Source: Trichoplax sp. H2 (taxonomy: Eukaryota). Taken from it: DNA of 64,000 nt. The stretch's first letter is position 1. Every line of letters begins with the position of its first letter. Made by a program: the position numbers and the translations under genes. Positions 27,826-40,197 of the stretch are shown one piece after another. The DNA is taken from assembly GCA_003344405.1 (NCBI GenBank), contig NOWV01000258.1, positions 1 through 64,000 of the forward strand. The letters are read 5' to 3'. The notes below the pieces were generated by a model, which made no database searches, was not told where the DNA came from, and worked only from the letters and a program-made list of their open reading frames with translations.

Positions 27826-28281
27826 CTTATTGCAAATATAGCATCAAATTGGTTGTAAATTCTAGACTAGATTACTTCACATTTTATAAATTTAGACACT
27901 TACTTAATTATCTTTGCCTACGAGCATTATCAGTGCAGATTTATATGATGATCTCTGATATTTGAAAACAAAATTTTCTCTATCCTTCTAGGGTCTAGTG
28001 GTAGAAATTTGTCAACATATTAAAACCTTTTACACCTTCACTAGTTTTCAATAATAATAATATCGCTTACTCATAACACATTAAACAAGATTCTTATCGC
28101 AAATATTACATCAAATTTGTCTAGTACAAATTTAGACATTTTATTTCGTATCCTTGCTAACGAGCATGATGAGCATAGATTACTATGATAATCTCGGATA
28201 TTTTAAAAACATATTTTTCTCTATTTCTGATATTACAGACTGATAAAGATGCGTCAACATATCAAAATCTTTTACATTCGC
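27826..28281. repeat. Diverged direct duplication (~240-265 bp period)
   Basis: TCTTAT.GCAAATAT..CATCAAATT, AAATTTAGACA, ACGAGCAT.AT, TTTTCTCTAT and GTCAACATAT.AAAA.CTTTTACA each occur twice in the same order. Confidence 0.75.
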
Positions 28282-31200
28282 ATTATTAGTATACAATTTA
28301 GCCTCTATGTGTGGCAATGACTATCTTAAATCCTATTTTAGTAGAAGAAAGGATAATAATGGAAGAAAAAATTAAAAATAGGTATATTAAATCTATATTT
28401 GTTCTAAAACAAAATCGTGATCCAGTTTATTTATCTGATATATCTTTGTTTAAAGTTTCTATTGGCTGCTTCTTCTGTTCTCATTTCAGTCCTCTATGGA
28501 GAATTTAATTCGAATTACTTTTAATTAATACATTTACTTAGATTATAAGATATACAAATTATTCGGTCTACAGTAATTTCAAATTTAGTTATTGTCCAGT
28601 CAAACTTCATGCCTTCATTACATTAATCAGGAACTACTTATCGAAGTACTACTTCCATTTCGAGAATAAGTAAATCCGTAAGTCATAAAATAAATAGTAA
28701 TTGTAAACGTCAAATAAACGCAAATATTGACTATCATTTGGCTAAAATAAATAACAATTGTCATTCATACGATGTAAAATTGGACTATGAAATAAAAGAA
28801 AAATTACTAAGAGATCGATAACTAGTATTATTTTAATTAACAACTTACTATTCATACTATCAATATACCGAATTTTAGATACCTGACACTATCATTTGTT
28901 CAATTTATTATCTACACTATTTAATACTGTACTATAAACATCATGTATATTACTTGCTAAAAGTACTCGAATGGACTTATAGTACCTTACAAGAATTTCT
29001 TTAGATATTGAAAGTTATAAATTCAGTTGAGGAGAGATCTTTCTGAAGTGATCATTTTTACTTCACAATCCTTACAATAACGGCTATCTGTATGAATTAG
29101 TTTCTAATAGAATCGTGTTTCATATAATCATTACTGAAACAGTATATTCTAAGAAATTATTAAGATATTATTAAATCGTTCCAAGTTTTCATCAATCAAG
29201 GGTATGAATAAGGTTTTTCATATGAATATCACACTCCGAGTAGTCATAACACCAAATATTGTAAAGAGAAGCAAGAATTATCAATGATATTCGTTGCTAC
29301 TATAACCAATATGTCAATATCCATCAGAAATAATACAATATTTTCAGTAAGACCCGATTAAACTCCAGTTAAGTATGCAGTAATGAAATACTGAACATCA
29401 AATTCCATTTAATTAATATTTAATATTTTAATCTAATTGGATTAAAAGCAAATTACTATCAGATACAAAACTTTATCTATTCCTATTGGTAGCTTCATTT
29501 TTGGCTTTAATCGTTACCCACTAGTGGTAATACATGATATTTTTGATCCCATATTTTCAGTCATGACGATACTTTCTTAAATATATTTTCGATGCAAATT
29601 CAGTAATATTATAGCAAAGTTATTGTATAGATGTTCTTTTATTTTTCTTATATTTTATCATTAAATCAAATTCCATTAAAATAGGAAGGTATCTATTAAA
29701 AAAGAAGTAAAAAATACCTATCAAAGCTATTAGAGCAGTTTTCTAGTTACCCATAGAAGATATATTGGCGATGAAGTAAAACAGTCACCTATTTGATAAA
29801 CTAAAATATCCAGTACGCTGAATATTAATAACGCTGCTCTGCGTCCTGATTTTAAAGCTTAAATTCTGCCGTCCATTCGTCATAGATATTAAGAAATAGC
29901 TACTGTCTATATAGAATAGTAAAATTACTACATTATATCAGTCTTGTATCAGATTTATTATTGATATTATGAAACTGTCTACTACTAAACTACTTTCCTC
30001 CTGCTTAATGCTGTTACAGAAATTTTTCATGAAGTTAATGGATACTAACTGTTCAATTTTCAGTAAATACACACTTAATTTCTTGTCCAACAGTAGAACG
30101 ATCGTATTTGCTATACGTTATTCCATTATGTAACTATACAAGTTCTAATCGCTCATATAGATACCATAAAATGAAATTCGTGTTATTGATGATGCACAAA
30201 AGTGCAAGAAAGCTAGGATAGCTCGTATAGAAATTAAGTAACTGAAGATGGAAGGGCTTTGGCTCTCACAGGTATTGCCGCAAAATTTCGTAATTTATGA
30301 GTGCTTTTATCTATTTAATTTCCTGTTAGCGTAGTGCTATATTTGTATGTTTTAATAATAATTTTGTACGTATTTTGATATTTTAAAATTCAATTTCCGT
30401 GAAAAATTGAATGATTTAGCTTAATAACATTAAAGTAATCGTTGTTTCCATTTATACTTTGTTTAGGTAACATAATGTAATAGTTAAGCAAATATATCTA
30501 TACTTTAAATGCATCAATATCGAAAGGTAACCAAAGAATAAAACGAATTTGTATTTCAGAATAAATTATTATTGCTATTGCGCGTGTCTGCTAGTTCCTT
30601 ACGAGTAGCCAATTTTACTTGCAATCCGAACTTATAAAGTAAAATATAACTTTGCGCGCTAAATAGCAAATAATAAGGGGAAATGGGTTTTATCAGGAAG
30701 AATAAAATGTAATCAAACGATTATCAGCTGTAGCTTACTGGATTGCGATTTTCTTAGGTGGAATGCTGAATTAAATGGCGTTAAGAGAGTAAATTAGATA
30801 TGAAAAGTTTGTAATCCATAGGCGGAACAATTAATCAGATAGCTTTACCGATATGAGTCTTAGTTTATTACCTGTGAATGTAATGAAACTACAGAGAACT
30901 GCTTAATACTTTTCCACAGCTTGAGAACTCTTGATGATAATTGATTGAACGTGTAATCTGTGGTTAATATAATTTTCGTTAATTTGCACTAATATAGTCT
31001 GAACTTACATATGTTTACTCATTCTATATTGTTAGCGTAGTTCGTTAAGTACATTTGCATTCACGTTTATTGTTACGTATGGATTTTAATTTGCTAATGA
31101 TCCTTAAGGCATACATAGTATTAGTTTCATTAAATTAATATTTTGCTCGAATTCTTAAATTAATCCGTAATACTAACTTTACAATCTATTCTTACGACAT

Positions 31201-34200
31201 GCAGTCTCAAAATTGCAATGTTAAGCCACTTTGAAACGTCAAGAAGCTTAGAATAATCAACGCATTGTTAAATGATTGGTGTAAGCCTACAAAATGCCTA
31301 TACTTTTGGTACGAATTAATATGATAATTTAATTTCTTGTACAGAAATGTATATTAACTACTGTCTTGGTAAGTTTAGGTTATTTTTAAATAGAAAAGTA
31401 GCACATATACAGTTTAAACTAGCACTCAAGATAGTCTCGAATAGAATACCAGTAGATTCGATTTAAACACTTCTATTCTATTTGATTGTTGCCATGGGAA
31501 CTATAGTTTGCAGCCAACATTGAACATACTGCTATCCTGTTTCTTTCTCAGTCTAGAATGCGTAAATCGTTATACTCATGATGTACAGTATTTAGTAAGA
31601 ACTATCTATTTTATGCAATTTAGAAGCAGCTATTGCCTTTCCAACATAATTATAAAACTGTTTTCTGATCAGTATTATCTCAAAGTTCACTTGCACGTAT
31701 GTGCAGAAAAATAAATTAATTTATGCTCTGGATGTTTCAATCGAAATCTGATCGATTTTCATTCATCGATGTTACTACGAATATAAATGCCGATGATGAT
31801 AGTAATAGAAGAGCATTTAGTTTAATTTGCTTTAATGGAAGAAGATATTAAATATTTACTGTAGTATAATACGCAGTCAAATATTAGATTAAGACCGACT
31901 AGATTTTATTTAGCATTATCATTGACAAAGATTAGTATGCTTATCTACTTGGTAACGCCAAGTATAACATGTCTATTTTATCACAGATTTGATACCATGT
32001 TACTAATATATCTTCAAAGTACTATAAGATAATTACAGATAAATAATTATAGATAGACATTTGTTACTCACGTCATTAAATGACTGCAATACTGATTGCA
32101 TAATTAGTCGATAAAAAATGCTGTTATCCTATACTATATTGAATAATACCTAAATTGGATACAGTATTAAACAAACAATGACGAGGAGCTACCGTTGATT
32201 AGATAAATAGCGATCGCGTTTAAACAAGAAAAATATCATCTAAAAAGTAACAAATCATTCAGACTGATCCTTCATTAATGAGTGTAGATTTATCTTTTAT
32301 CAAAGATTTAAAATTTAATAAAATAAATTAGCTATGAGTAAACTTAAAATCATTTAAAGGCATTTAATAGCCTTTCAGTACTAGTATTGTAATAAAATAT
32401 TAGTAGCATTCTAAACATTAATAGTCATATCCGTAGTACATTAAATAATTATTAACTAATGCAACAGTGTTAGCTTAAGAACCGCAAGTTTTAATAATCA
32501 AGTAGCTAAAATTTCAATAAGAATCAACGAAAAATGTCTAATTATTTAACACAGTATATCATTCTGTAATGATTCAAATATCTTACTGTAACTTAGCTAC
32601 TGCTAGCAAAAATATCCACAAAATAAAAATAATGCTGGATTTGGATAGCTGAATTTAATGATTGTGGGAACAAAAATTCAACGGATTGGGCACAAGCTCA
32701 TTAAAAGCACAAATCTAATAACAAGTAGCGTATTATTTGTAGACCTAGATAATTAAATGATAAAATTATGGCTTAGATGTTTTTGTTACCCTATTCCACA
32801 GACAAAATTGTACTTAATGGTATTGCAAAAAAATGAGTAAAACTCATTAAAAAGATAGCTGTTAATTTTAATAGTCCAAATCTTAACTCTGATCTTATAA
32901 AAATAATCTACTGTAAAGGCCTAAAGGTAAAGTAATTCTGAATGAATATCTAATCCATCAATATGATAAAATTGTAAGCACAGTGATGATATATTACGTG
33001 TAAGTCGGAAATATCACATTCGATTGTGTAATGTAATCCTTTCTATCCTGCATTCCAAACAATTAATTAGTGATAGTAATTTACTTGTAAAACCTAAGAT
33101 CAAGCTAAAACGGGTAAGTTAATCCTTGCTTTTATATCTTATTGAATGAGCTATTACCAAGCCTAAAGTATGTAGAATATAAAATCGATAGCTTTATATA
33201 TTACAGGCTTATCGTTAAATAGCTATACATTAATCCTAAGTACAGTAAGTAAAAATATAGTATTAATGTAGTCGTTGCAATCTTCCATGTACTAAGGAGT
33301 TCTAAATCATCAACGGTAAGTTATATAGAATACAAGTAGATGTCAAGCAGACAAAACTATCCAGTCGCAATTCAGATCAGTAGCAAACAAGATTCCATTG
33401 CATTATGCCAGAAAGACTTTAAGTCACCAATAACGTTGTAGAGATAATACTCTTCCTTCATTTCGTCACTGTTAAGCAGTAGCTTATATTTTAAGATAGT
33501 TTCTATTGCCTGGATATATTTTTTCTGATACAAGAGCGACCAACTCTTATTTTACTACTGATTTTAATGCATGCACCTTTACATCTAATAGCACCCAAAT
33601 GTTCTACCACTTTCTATTTCTATCTTCCATCGTCAGAAATACCTAAGCTATCATAGAAATGGAAAGAGGATTTATTCTTTCCTTAGCAACGTTAAATAAA
33701 ACAGAAGTGAATAAATCACGTCAACAAAATGATCATTACAACTGTACTCAATGCCATTGATTCGCATTAGTAACATTGCCATTGAAGAAATCGAAAAAAT
33801 GCAAAAACGCCTAATCTATTTCTTTGTCTGCTTTCATCACATGATAAGGAAACCCAGCCAAGTTCTAGTGTGAATAGTTATCTTTGAAACAAAAGGAAGC
33901 AGCAAGATCACATCTTCTCTTATTGATATCCTAGACGACAAGATTGTTTACGCAGTCTGGATTAGAATTTTGGCCTCGTCGGAAAGAAGAAAATCACTTT
34001 AGTAACTCTAATTTAAAGTAGTATAATCTTGTATAAAATCAATGGAATAAATCCTTCTATTATCAAATTTTAGAGTAATGGGTAGGTCGAGGTCGAATTG
34101 AATTAAGTAAAGCTGTAGAGTATTTTCTCAACTGCTTTTTGACTCCTAATTCAACAGTTGTCACTTCTATGAAGATGTCGGAGTCATAATTATAGTTCTC

Positions 34201-34796
34201 ATTTCACTCTTTTTTTATTACTATGTGATCAATAGCTGTAATTCTTGGGCCTAGCGGCATAAGTGGACGTCCAATTCGATAGAAATTGAACCCATGAGAC
34301 AATAGTTTTGTAAATCATTGTTTATACCTATGTAAAGTTAAATAGATATTAGGAGGCACGCAAAGGGCTTTGAATAGATGAATAAGAAAAGAATAATTAT
34401 CGATACCATGTGCTAGATACAGTTCTTGTTTATGGCTATACTCTATAGGCTAATTTAAGGCATAATTAACATATTTTACATGCTCGATTGCATTGAATTG
34501 AAATAACAATCTAATCAATACGAACAATATACTAATAATATGCACTATTCTAAAGCATTAACAATAATTAGACCGCGTTCTTAGATTATTTTTCGCTAAC
34601 TAGTACATCATTTATCGCCTTGACGTTATTGTTGTCCACGTATTGACTTATCTGGCTACAAAAATATGGATGGTATGGCCATAAATAGATTCTAAATCGC
34701 TAAAATGTTATTGAAATTGCCTATTGGTATATGTATATATATACATGTAGACTCGAGAGGGTCTTCAATTACCATGGTTACCGCAAATTCAAGTCC

Positions 34797-34804
34797 TATA
34801 TAAA
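34797..34804 (+). promoter_or_regulatory. Candidate TATA box for the 35052 gene
   Basis: TATATAAA about 250 bp upstream of the ATG, followed by a plausible 5'UTR intron (GTAAGC ~34897; TTCAAG ~35031). The AT-rich background makes chance matches likely. Confidence 0.35.
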
Positions 34805-35051
34805 CGTAGCATTTACCTTCGTAAGGTCACAACTTTAACTCGGCAATTCTTTGTTAGTTGGAATTAAATTCTACGTTCTTGCCGTAGTATTTCTTAGTAA
34901 GCGAAATCTACAGGAGTATAACTTGATTTTAGAGTTATCTTGTAGTTATCGAAGAAGAAAAATACCTAATCATTTCATCCTAAGGTAGAAGGATTTAATC
35001 TGATTTGTTGTTTGCATTTCGTTAATTCAAGCCTAACTAAAGAACGACAAG

Positions 35052-35921
35052 ATGGGTTGTGGAGCTTCCAAAAGTACAGAGACCGCTGATGGTACTCAAC
35101 CAAAGAAGGAAAAGAAACCTAAAAAGAAAAGCGAACCATTAGATAGTATTGAAATGAAAGAATCTAAAATTCCAGAAATTGATAGTTTCTTCGAGAAAGT
35201 AGCTGAACCATTTAAAACCATGATTGATATGCGTAAAGCTCTACAAGATGCCGTTGAAGGATTGACTAAATTAGCCAAAACAGCTGAAAGTCCGAAAGAA
35301 GCCTTAAGAAACTGCTTGAAAGATTTAAAGGAAGGTTTAGGTGATATAGGTTTCAAGTTAGAATTTTCCACCGAAGGTGTACGCTTTGCAGGCATCGATG
35401 AGGAAACATTACCGGGTGAAATTAAAGAAATCTACGATGCATTTATGAATTTATTCAATGGTATTAAAACTATTGTAACAAGTTGTCCTAAACTAGTCAA
35501 TGATTTTAAAGAATTGGTTAGTGAAGCTAAAGCACTGAAAGACAACATCGTTAGTGCAGCTAAAAATGCTGGCTTAAATCCAATGGGTATCGCTAAAGCG
35601 GGTAAAGCTGTAGCGGTCAACATCAAGACTACCTGTAAAGCTCCGCTGGTATGTAAAGATCTCCTTGTCCAAGGTAAAAATACGATTAAAGATTTGAAAG
35701 ATCTTGCTAAAGCACTCATGGGTCAAGATGTTCCTGACGATGGTCCTGATGAGGCTGAAGATGATGGAGATGAAAAAGGAGATGCCGAAAAAGGAGATGC
35801 CGAAAAAGGAGATGCCGAAAAAGGAGAGGCCGAAAATGTAGAGGACAAAAAAGCTGAGACTGAAAATGGAGGGACCGAAAATGGCGAGGCAGAAAAGGGA
35901 GAAGCCGCCGCGGAATCTTAA
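35052..35921 (+). CDS. Uncharacterised 289-aa protein: MGCGAS dual-acylation N-terminus, polybasic patch, helical core, acidic repeat tail
   Basis: Intronless ORF with strong codon structure. MGCxxS fits the myristoylation plus palmitoylation consensus, followed by KKEKKPKKK and ending in a D/E/G/K-rich tail. Confidence 0.9.
   Translation: MGCGASKSTETADGTQPKKEKKPKKKSEPLDSIEMKESKIPEIDSFFEKVAEPFKTMIDMRKALQDAVEGLTKLAKTAESPKEALRNCLKDLKEGLGDIGFKLEFSTEGVRFAGIDEETLPGEIKEIYDAFMNLFNGIKTIVTSCPKLVNDFKELVSEAKALKDNIVSAAKNAGLNPMGIAKAGKAVAVNIKTTCKAPLVCKDLLVQGKNTIKDLKDLAKALMGQDVPDDGPDEAEDDGDEKGDAEKGDAEKGDAEKGEAENVEDKKAETENGGTENGEAEKGEAAAES
35772..35831 (+). repeat. 15-bp coding minisatellite (EKGDA x3 + EKGEA)
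   Basis: GAAAAAGGAGATGCC three times exactly, then GAAAAAGGAGAGGCC. Confidence 0.95.
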
Positions 35922-38900
35922 CAACACCATTGTCCGTGATACAGACGAAAAAGAAGCATCTAGCCCAGCCAGAAGTAAAATCAGCAATATTTGATAAGTT
36001 TATAATAAAGAAATTGTTTTCCCCCTCGCTCTCCTTTCCGACAAGGCCATCATCAAATCGATGGCTGAATTTTCTATGTAAAAGACTGCTATCATGACCA
36101 TTATTTTTAATCTATTTCACATTAAATGGTCTATTCCTTTTCGGATTTAGTAGTAACTACTATCGCTATTTGAAATTTTATGTTAATCATTTTTGTTAAA
36201 GTCGTATTTTAGCCTTTCAATGTATGAATTTTGTTTATACGAGTATAATTATTAAAAGTGTAAACGTAATTTAAAAATTATAAAAATCATTCTATCGTAT
36301 TTTTAATGTTGTAAATGTCTTGTAATAAATTAGTCACAACTTTTACCTAATATTTAATGCAACAGTATGTCTTTTCTAGTGGAGTAAGAAATTTCAACGT
36401 TGAATGGTATAGGATGAGCTAAGCTATTCTAGTGCTCATGATCGTATTGATGTACAAAATATTTTAGTAAGAAAAATAGGTCACGTATTAGTAGATTATC
36501 CATTTGGTTAACGTAATTTTAAGACAAGTATTTATAGTGATGACTGTTGTTAATCATAGCTCATGATAAAATGGCTTGTATTAGTTTATGAACTGGGAAT
36601 AGTAAATAAATATGCAAACTATTAAATTGAACATTTTAATGGTCTTCTTTTATCTTTTCCCCTTTCCTTAACAGATACAGCTTTTGTCTATGACTTCATA
36701 GACTGTCATAGAATGAGTTGTGATATTGTTTTATCCGTAACTACAGTTAACTTTATCGTTTAATTTCCAAGTATCAAGTCCATTTTGATTCCACTTTATT
36801 AGAATAATATGAGATGACGAAGATAAATTTTAAAGGCGGTGAGAGAGTACCAAAGCAAGCTAATTTTGTATTCTTCTTTTTCGATCAATCAAAAAATCCA
36901 ATGATTGATAACGGTATCCTATTTCATTTTTCAGATCATTATCATTTTCTAATGGAATGATCTTCATTTTAGTCGAGATAATGCTGAAAAGTTTTTCTAA
37001 TGTATCAAGATGGAATAGAATAGTATGGCTACAAAGTTATCAATAATTTGAAGAGGAAATCAAGTTTATTTATTTAATCTATAATTTGATCTAAGGAAGA
37101 AATAAGGAGAACACAATTAAAAGTAATAAGTTTGTATCTTGAATCAGATTGAGAATTACGCCAAGTAATTGCTATAGCTCTGCTGATAAAGTCAATAAGC
37201 ATGAAATATGCGATACTTTAACTTGGTCGTTACAACGTAGCAAGCTAAACCTACAGACAGTAGACAATTCTTTTCCTTGTATCATTGTTGCATGGTTCAA
37301 TCATTTTAAGGGGCTGTTTTAATATCTTGTAGTTTACAGATAAATTAGATAATCGCAATGGAAATAACTGCTAAGGCACCCTTGATATCGATATTTTGTG
37401 AAGAGCTTTTTATAAAACATGTCAGTACTGCAATTAAACCTTTTATTAATTTTCGTCAAAACCGACAGATGTGAAAAAATCAATTAAAATCTATTGATAT
37501 TAACAAACTACTCAAAGATCGATATTAAGCCAATTGAAAAATGGCGATGAATATCCGAACAATATATCGTCTTATTTAAAGAGCTTGATTTGCTACTCAT
37601 TAATAGGAATAATACAGAAGGAAAATTTGACATTAATTGAATCCTACATGAACGATTTAGAATATTCTGGACTTGAGCGTATAATAAAGCGATAACAGGC
37701 TGAATAAAAATTGCAGACGAAAGTATATCTGTAACAAAGCTGATTACTAAAGATTTTGTCTATTTTCATCAACAAAGTTATAATCGTATCGTCAGAAAAG
37801 AATAGCCAATGTTGGCAAATCAATTTAAGAATGGTAACGGATAGCAAAGATGACGAGGATTACTAATACAATTAATTACGAGTCGAGCATATCATCAGTA
37901 TCCATATTCTATCCTATTTCATTTTAAGTTATAGGATTTATCCATCTCTGGATTAAGTAGTATTTTACAATCATCTTAATTAGTTCAGCTGTATAGCTGG
38001 ATATCTTTTAATCTAGCATAGAGCATCATCAACCAATATATTTAAAGCTGTAAGATTGATACTTGTATAAATTAATTACTCTTTTACTATCATAATGGCT
38101 AGCTCTGCCTTAAAATTGTACAAATTTTCTAATTTGATACAGTCTTTCGTCAACACGTGCATCCTATTCTGTTTCATTTTAAGCTATAGGATTTATACCT
38201 ATGTCGATAATGTATTGTTGCAATATAATAATGATGGTTAGGTGTACGATAAATTTTAAAATATTTTATTATTGCAATAACGATAAAAAATAATTAGAGT
38301 CTTCCCTTCAAAAATAGTGCTCAGCTCTAGGATACGCATTATCCAAATACTTTTACTTGTATTTTATCAATGCTGAAGAAGCTAAATGAGTCAGATGATG
38401 TTATTCGATTAATTAAGTTATCCAATGTTGCTGAGATGAGATTATTGCTGATAATATAACATATGCTAAGCGATAGGTATGCATAGCAACCAACTTAGCG
38501 ATAGATATATAAATTGTTTACATCTCTATTGTAAGGAAAGCAAGCCCATCCTATTATCCATAGAATAAAATTTTAATATCATTGTTTATTATCGTACAAC
38601 TTAGTTTTTGACTAGGCATTGAACCTATCATATACACTATTAGCAGTTCCACTAGCTGCGTCGATCGACTACCTAATAAGATAGTTAGAAGAACAATAAA
38701 TAACGCTATAGGTGATTGGAATGTCTATTATTCCTATTATCAAAATTCTAAGTTCAAATAGAAATAATGAGGAACAAAAATCTATCGCTATAATTCATTT
38801 CAATACATTAATAAGACATAATTATTAGGTTATTGAATGATACAATGAATATTTTTGTCATTGATAGTGAATAGATAACGATCAAATTTCAATAGATTAC

Positions 38901-39276
38901 ATTATTTGGCATAGCTTGCAATATAATAGCCACTCTGACATTGATATTACCATGGAGAAGATCTGAAAAGAATGTGATTTGCTAATCAATGGTATGATAA
39001 TGGACAGTTGACTATGCCATTACTTGTAGACTATTTGTTAAACGGTCAATAGCAATATCAATAATTCTAAAATGATGATCAGTGCAGGTGAGTTATGCTT
39101 AATATTAAAATGATATTTTTATGAAGATGACTTAGCGTACTGATAGATTACATGAAATCCATATTTACTAAGGTAATAGATACAGATACATCAATGATTG
39201 ACATTAGATTAATTTATAAGCCTCTAGGTTGATTTTAAACTATTGTCGAATATGGCAATAGAGTCTCTGATTAGAA

Positions 39277-40197
39277 TAAGTTAGTCAATCAAGTTTTATT
39301 TATTACTGATAGTCGTTGATATCATCATACATAAACTGCTCTACCAGCTACTACCAATTCAATACTTCGAAGGTGATACAACAATTGTGGCAAGCTCTAA
39401 AATTTAAAATAACACTGTTTATGAAAGTACCCGTATTCATTGACTGAATCGAAGGCTATTTTTTCTAGGCAATGGGAGCAGGTACATTGATGATCGACAA
39501 AGGATTCATTTATAGTCAGCTAGGTCGATTAAAAAAATTACGAGCAGAGGTAGTAAAGAGTATCTGAACAGAATAAATTAGCAAATCAAAGCTTTTCCAT
39601 CATCAATAGTTATTGAGATTATTATACATAAACTGTTTTTAGCTAGTATTAATTCATAACTTTGACGATGATAATATTCTTCGAATATTAAGAAAGTGCA
39701 CTATTTGTAGGTTGAATAAAAAGTTATTTTGCTTGGGTAATCGATATCTGAACTTTAGTGATCAACAACGGATTAATTTGCAGGTTGTTAGATTGATTAA
39801 ATACATTCCCAGAGGTATTGAAATGTATATATAAATAAAATAAGTTAGCAAATTAAAATTTTTCCATTGTCGATATTTTTGTTATCATCATGCATGAACT
39901 ATTTACTAGCTAGTAATAATTCAATACTTCGATGATGATAATATTCTTTAAATATATATTAGGGAAATTTACTTATTCACACATTAATATTAAAAGCTTC
40001 CGTATTTTGCCTACTTAATAGATGTAGGCACATTATTCATCGATAACGGATTAATTTGTAGTCAGTTACTGTAGGCTGATCAAAACACTTCCCGTGGAGA
40101 TATTATAGATTGTTTGAATAAAATGAGTTAGTAAATCGAAGTTTTTACTATTATCAACAGTTGTTGCTATAACTACACATAAACTATTCTACCAGCT
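39277..40197. repeat. Old degenerate tandem repeat, ~270-295 bp unit, ~3.3 copies
   Basis: AT.A.TTAG..AAT.AA..TTTT..CAT(A/G)AACT..AGCT begins at ~39277, 39573, 39840, 40123. The ACT.A.GGATT.ATTT-like segment (AAGGATTCATTT / ACGGATTAATTT) recurs at ~39500, 39767, 40046. Confidence 0.75.

Noticed and set aside
35096..35987. Antisense ORFs over the 35052 gene (and plus-strand ORFs within 46996-63639)
   Set aside because: They are shadow ORFs of the real coding strand.
38605..38682. tRNA-Ser-like fragments on the minus strand (AGGTAGTCGA..ACTGCTAAT..GGTTCAATGCC)
   Set aside because: I cannot build acceptor or anticodon stems. At best a decayed relic, and tRNAscan-SE would settle it.
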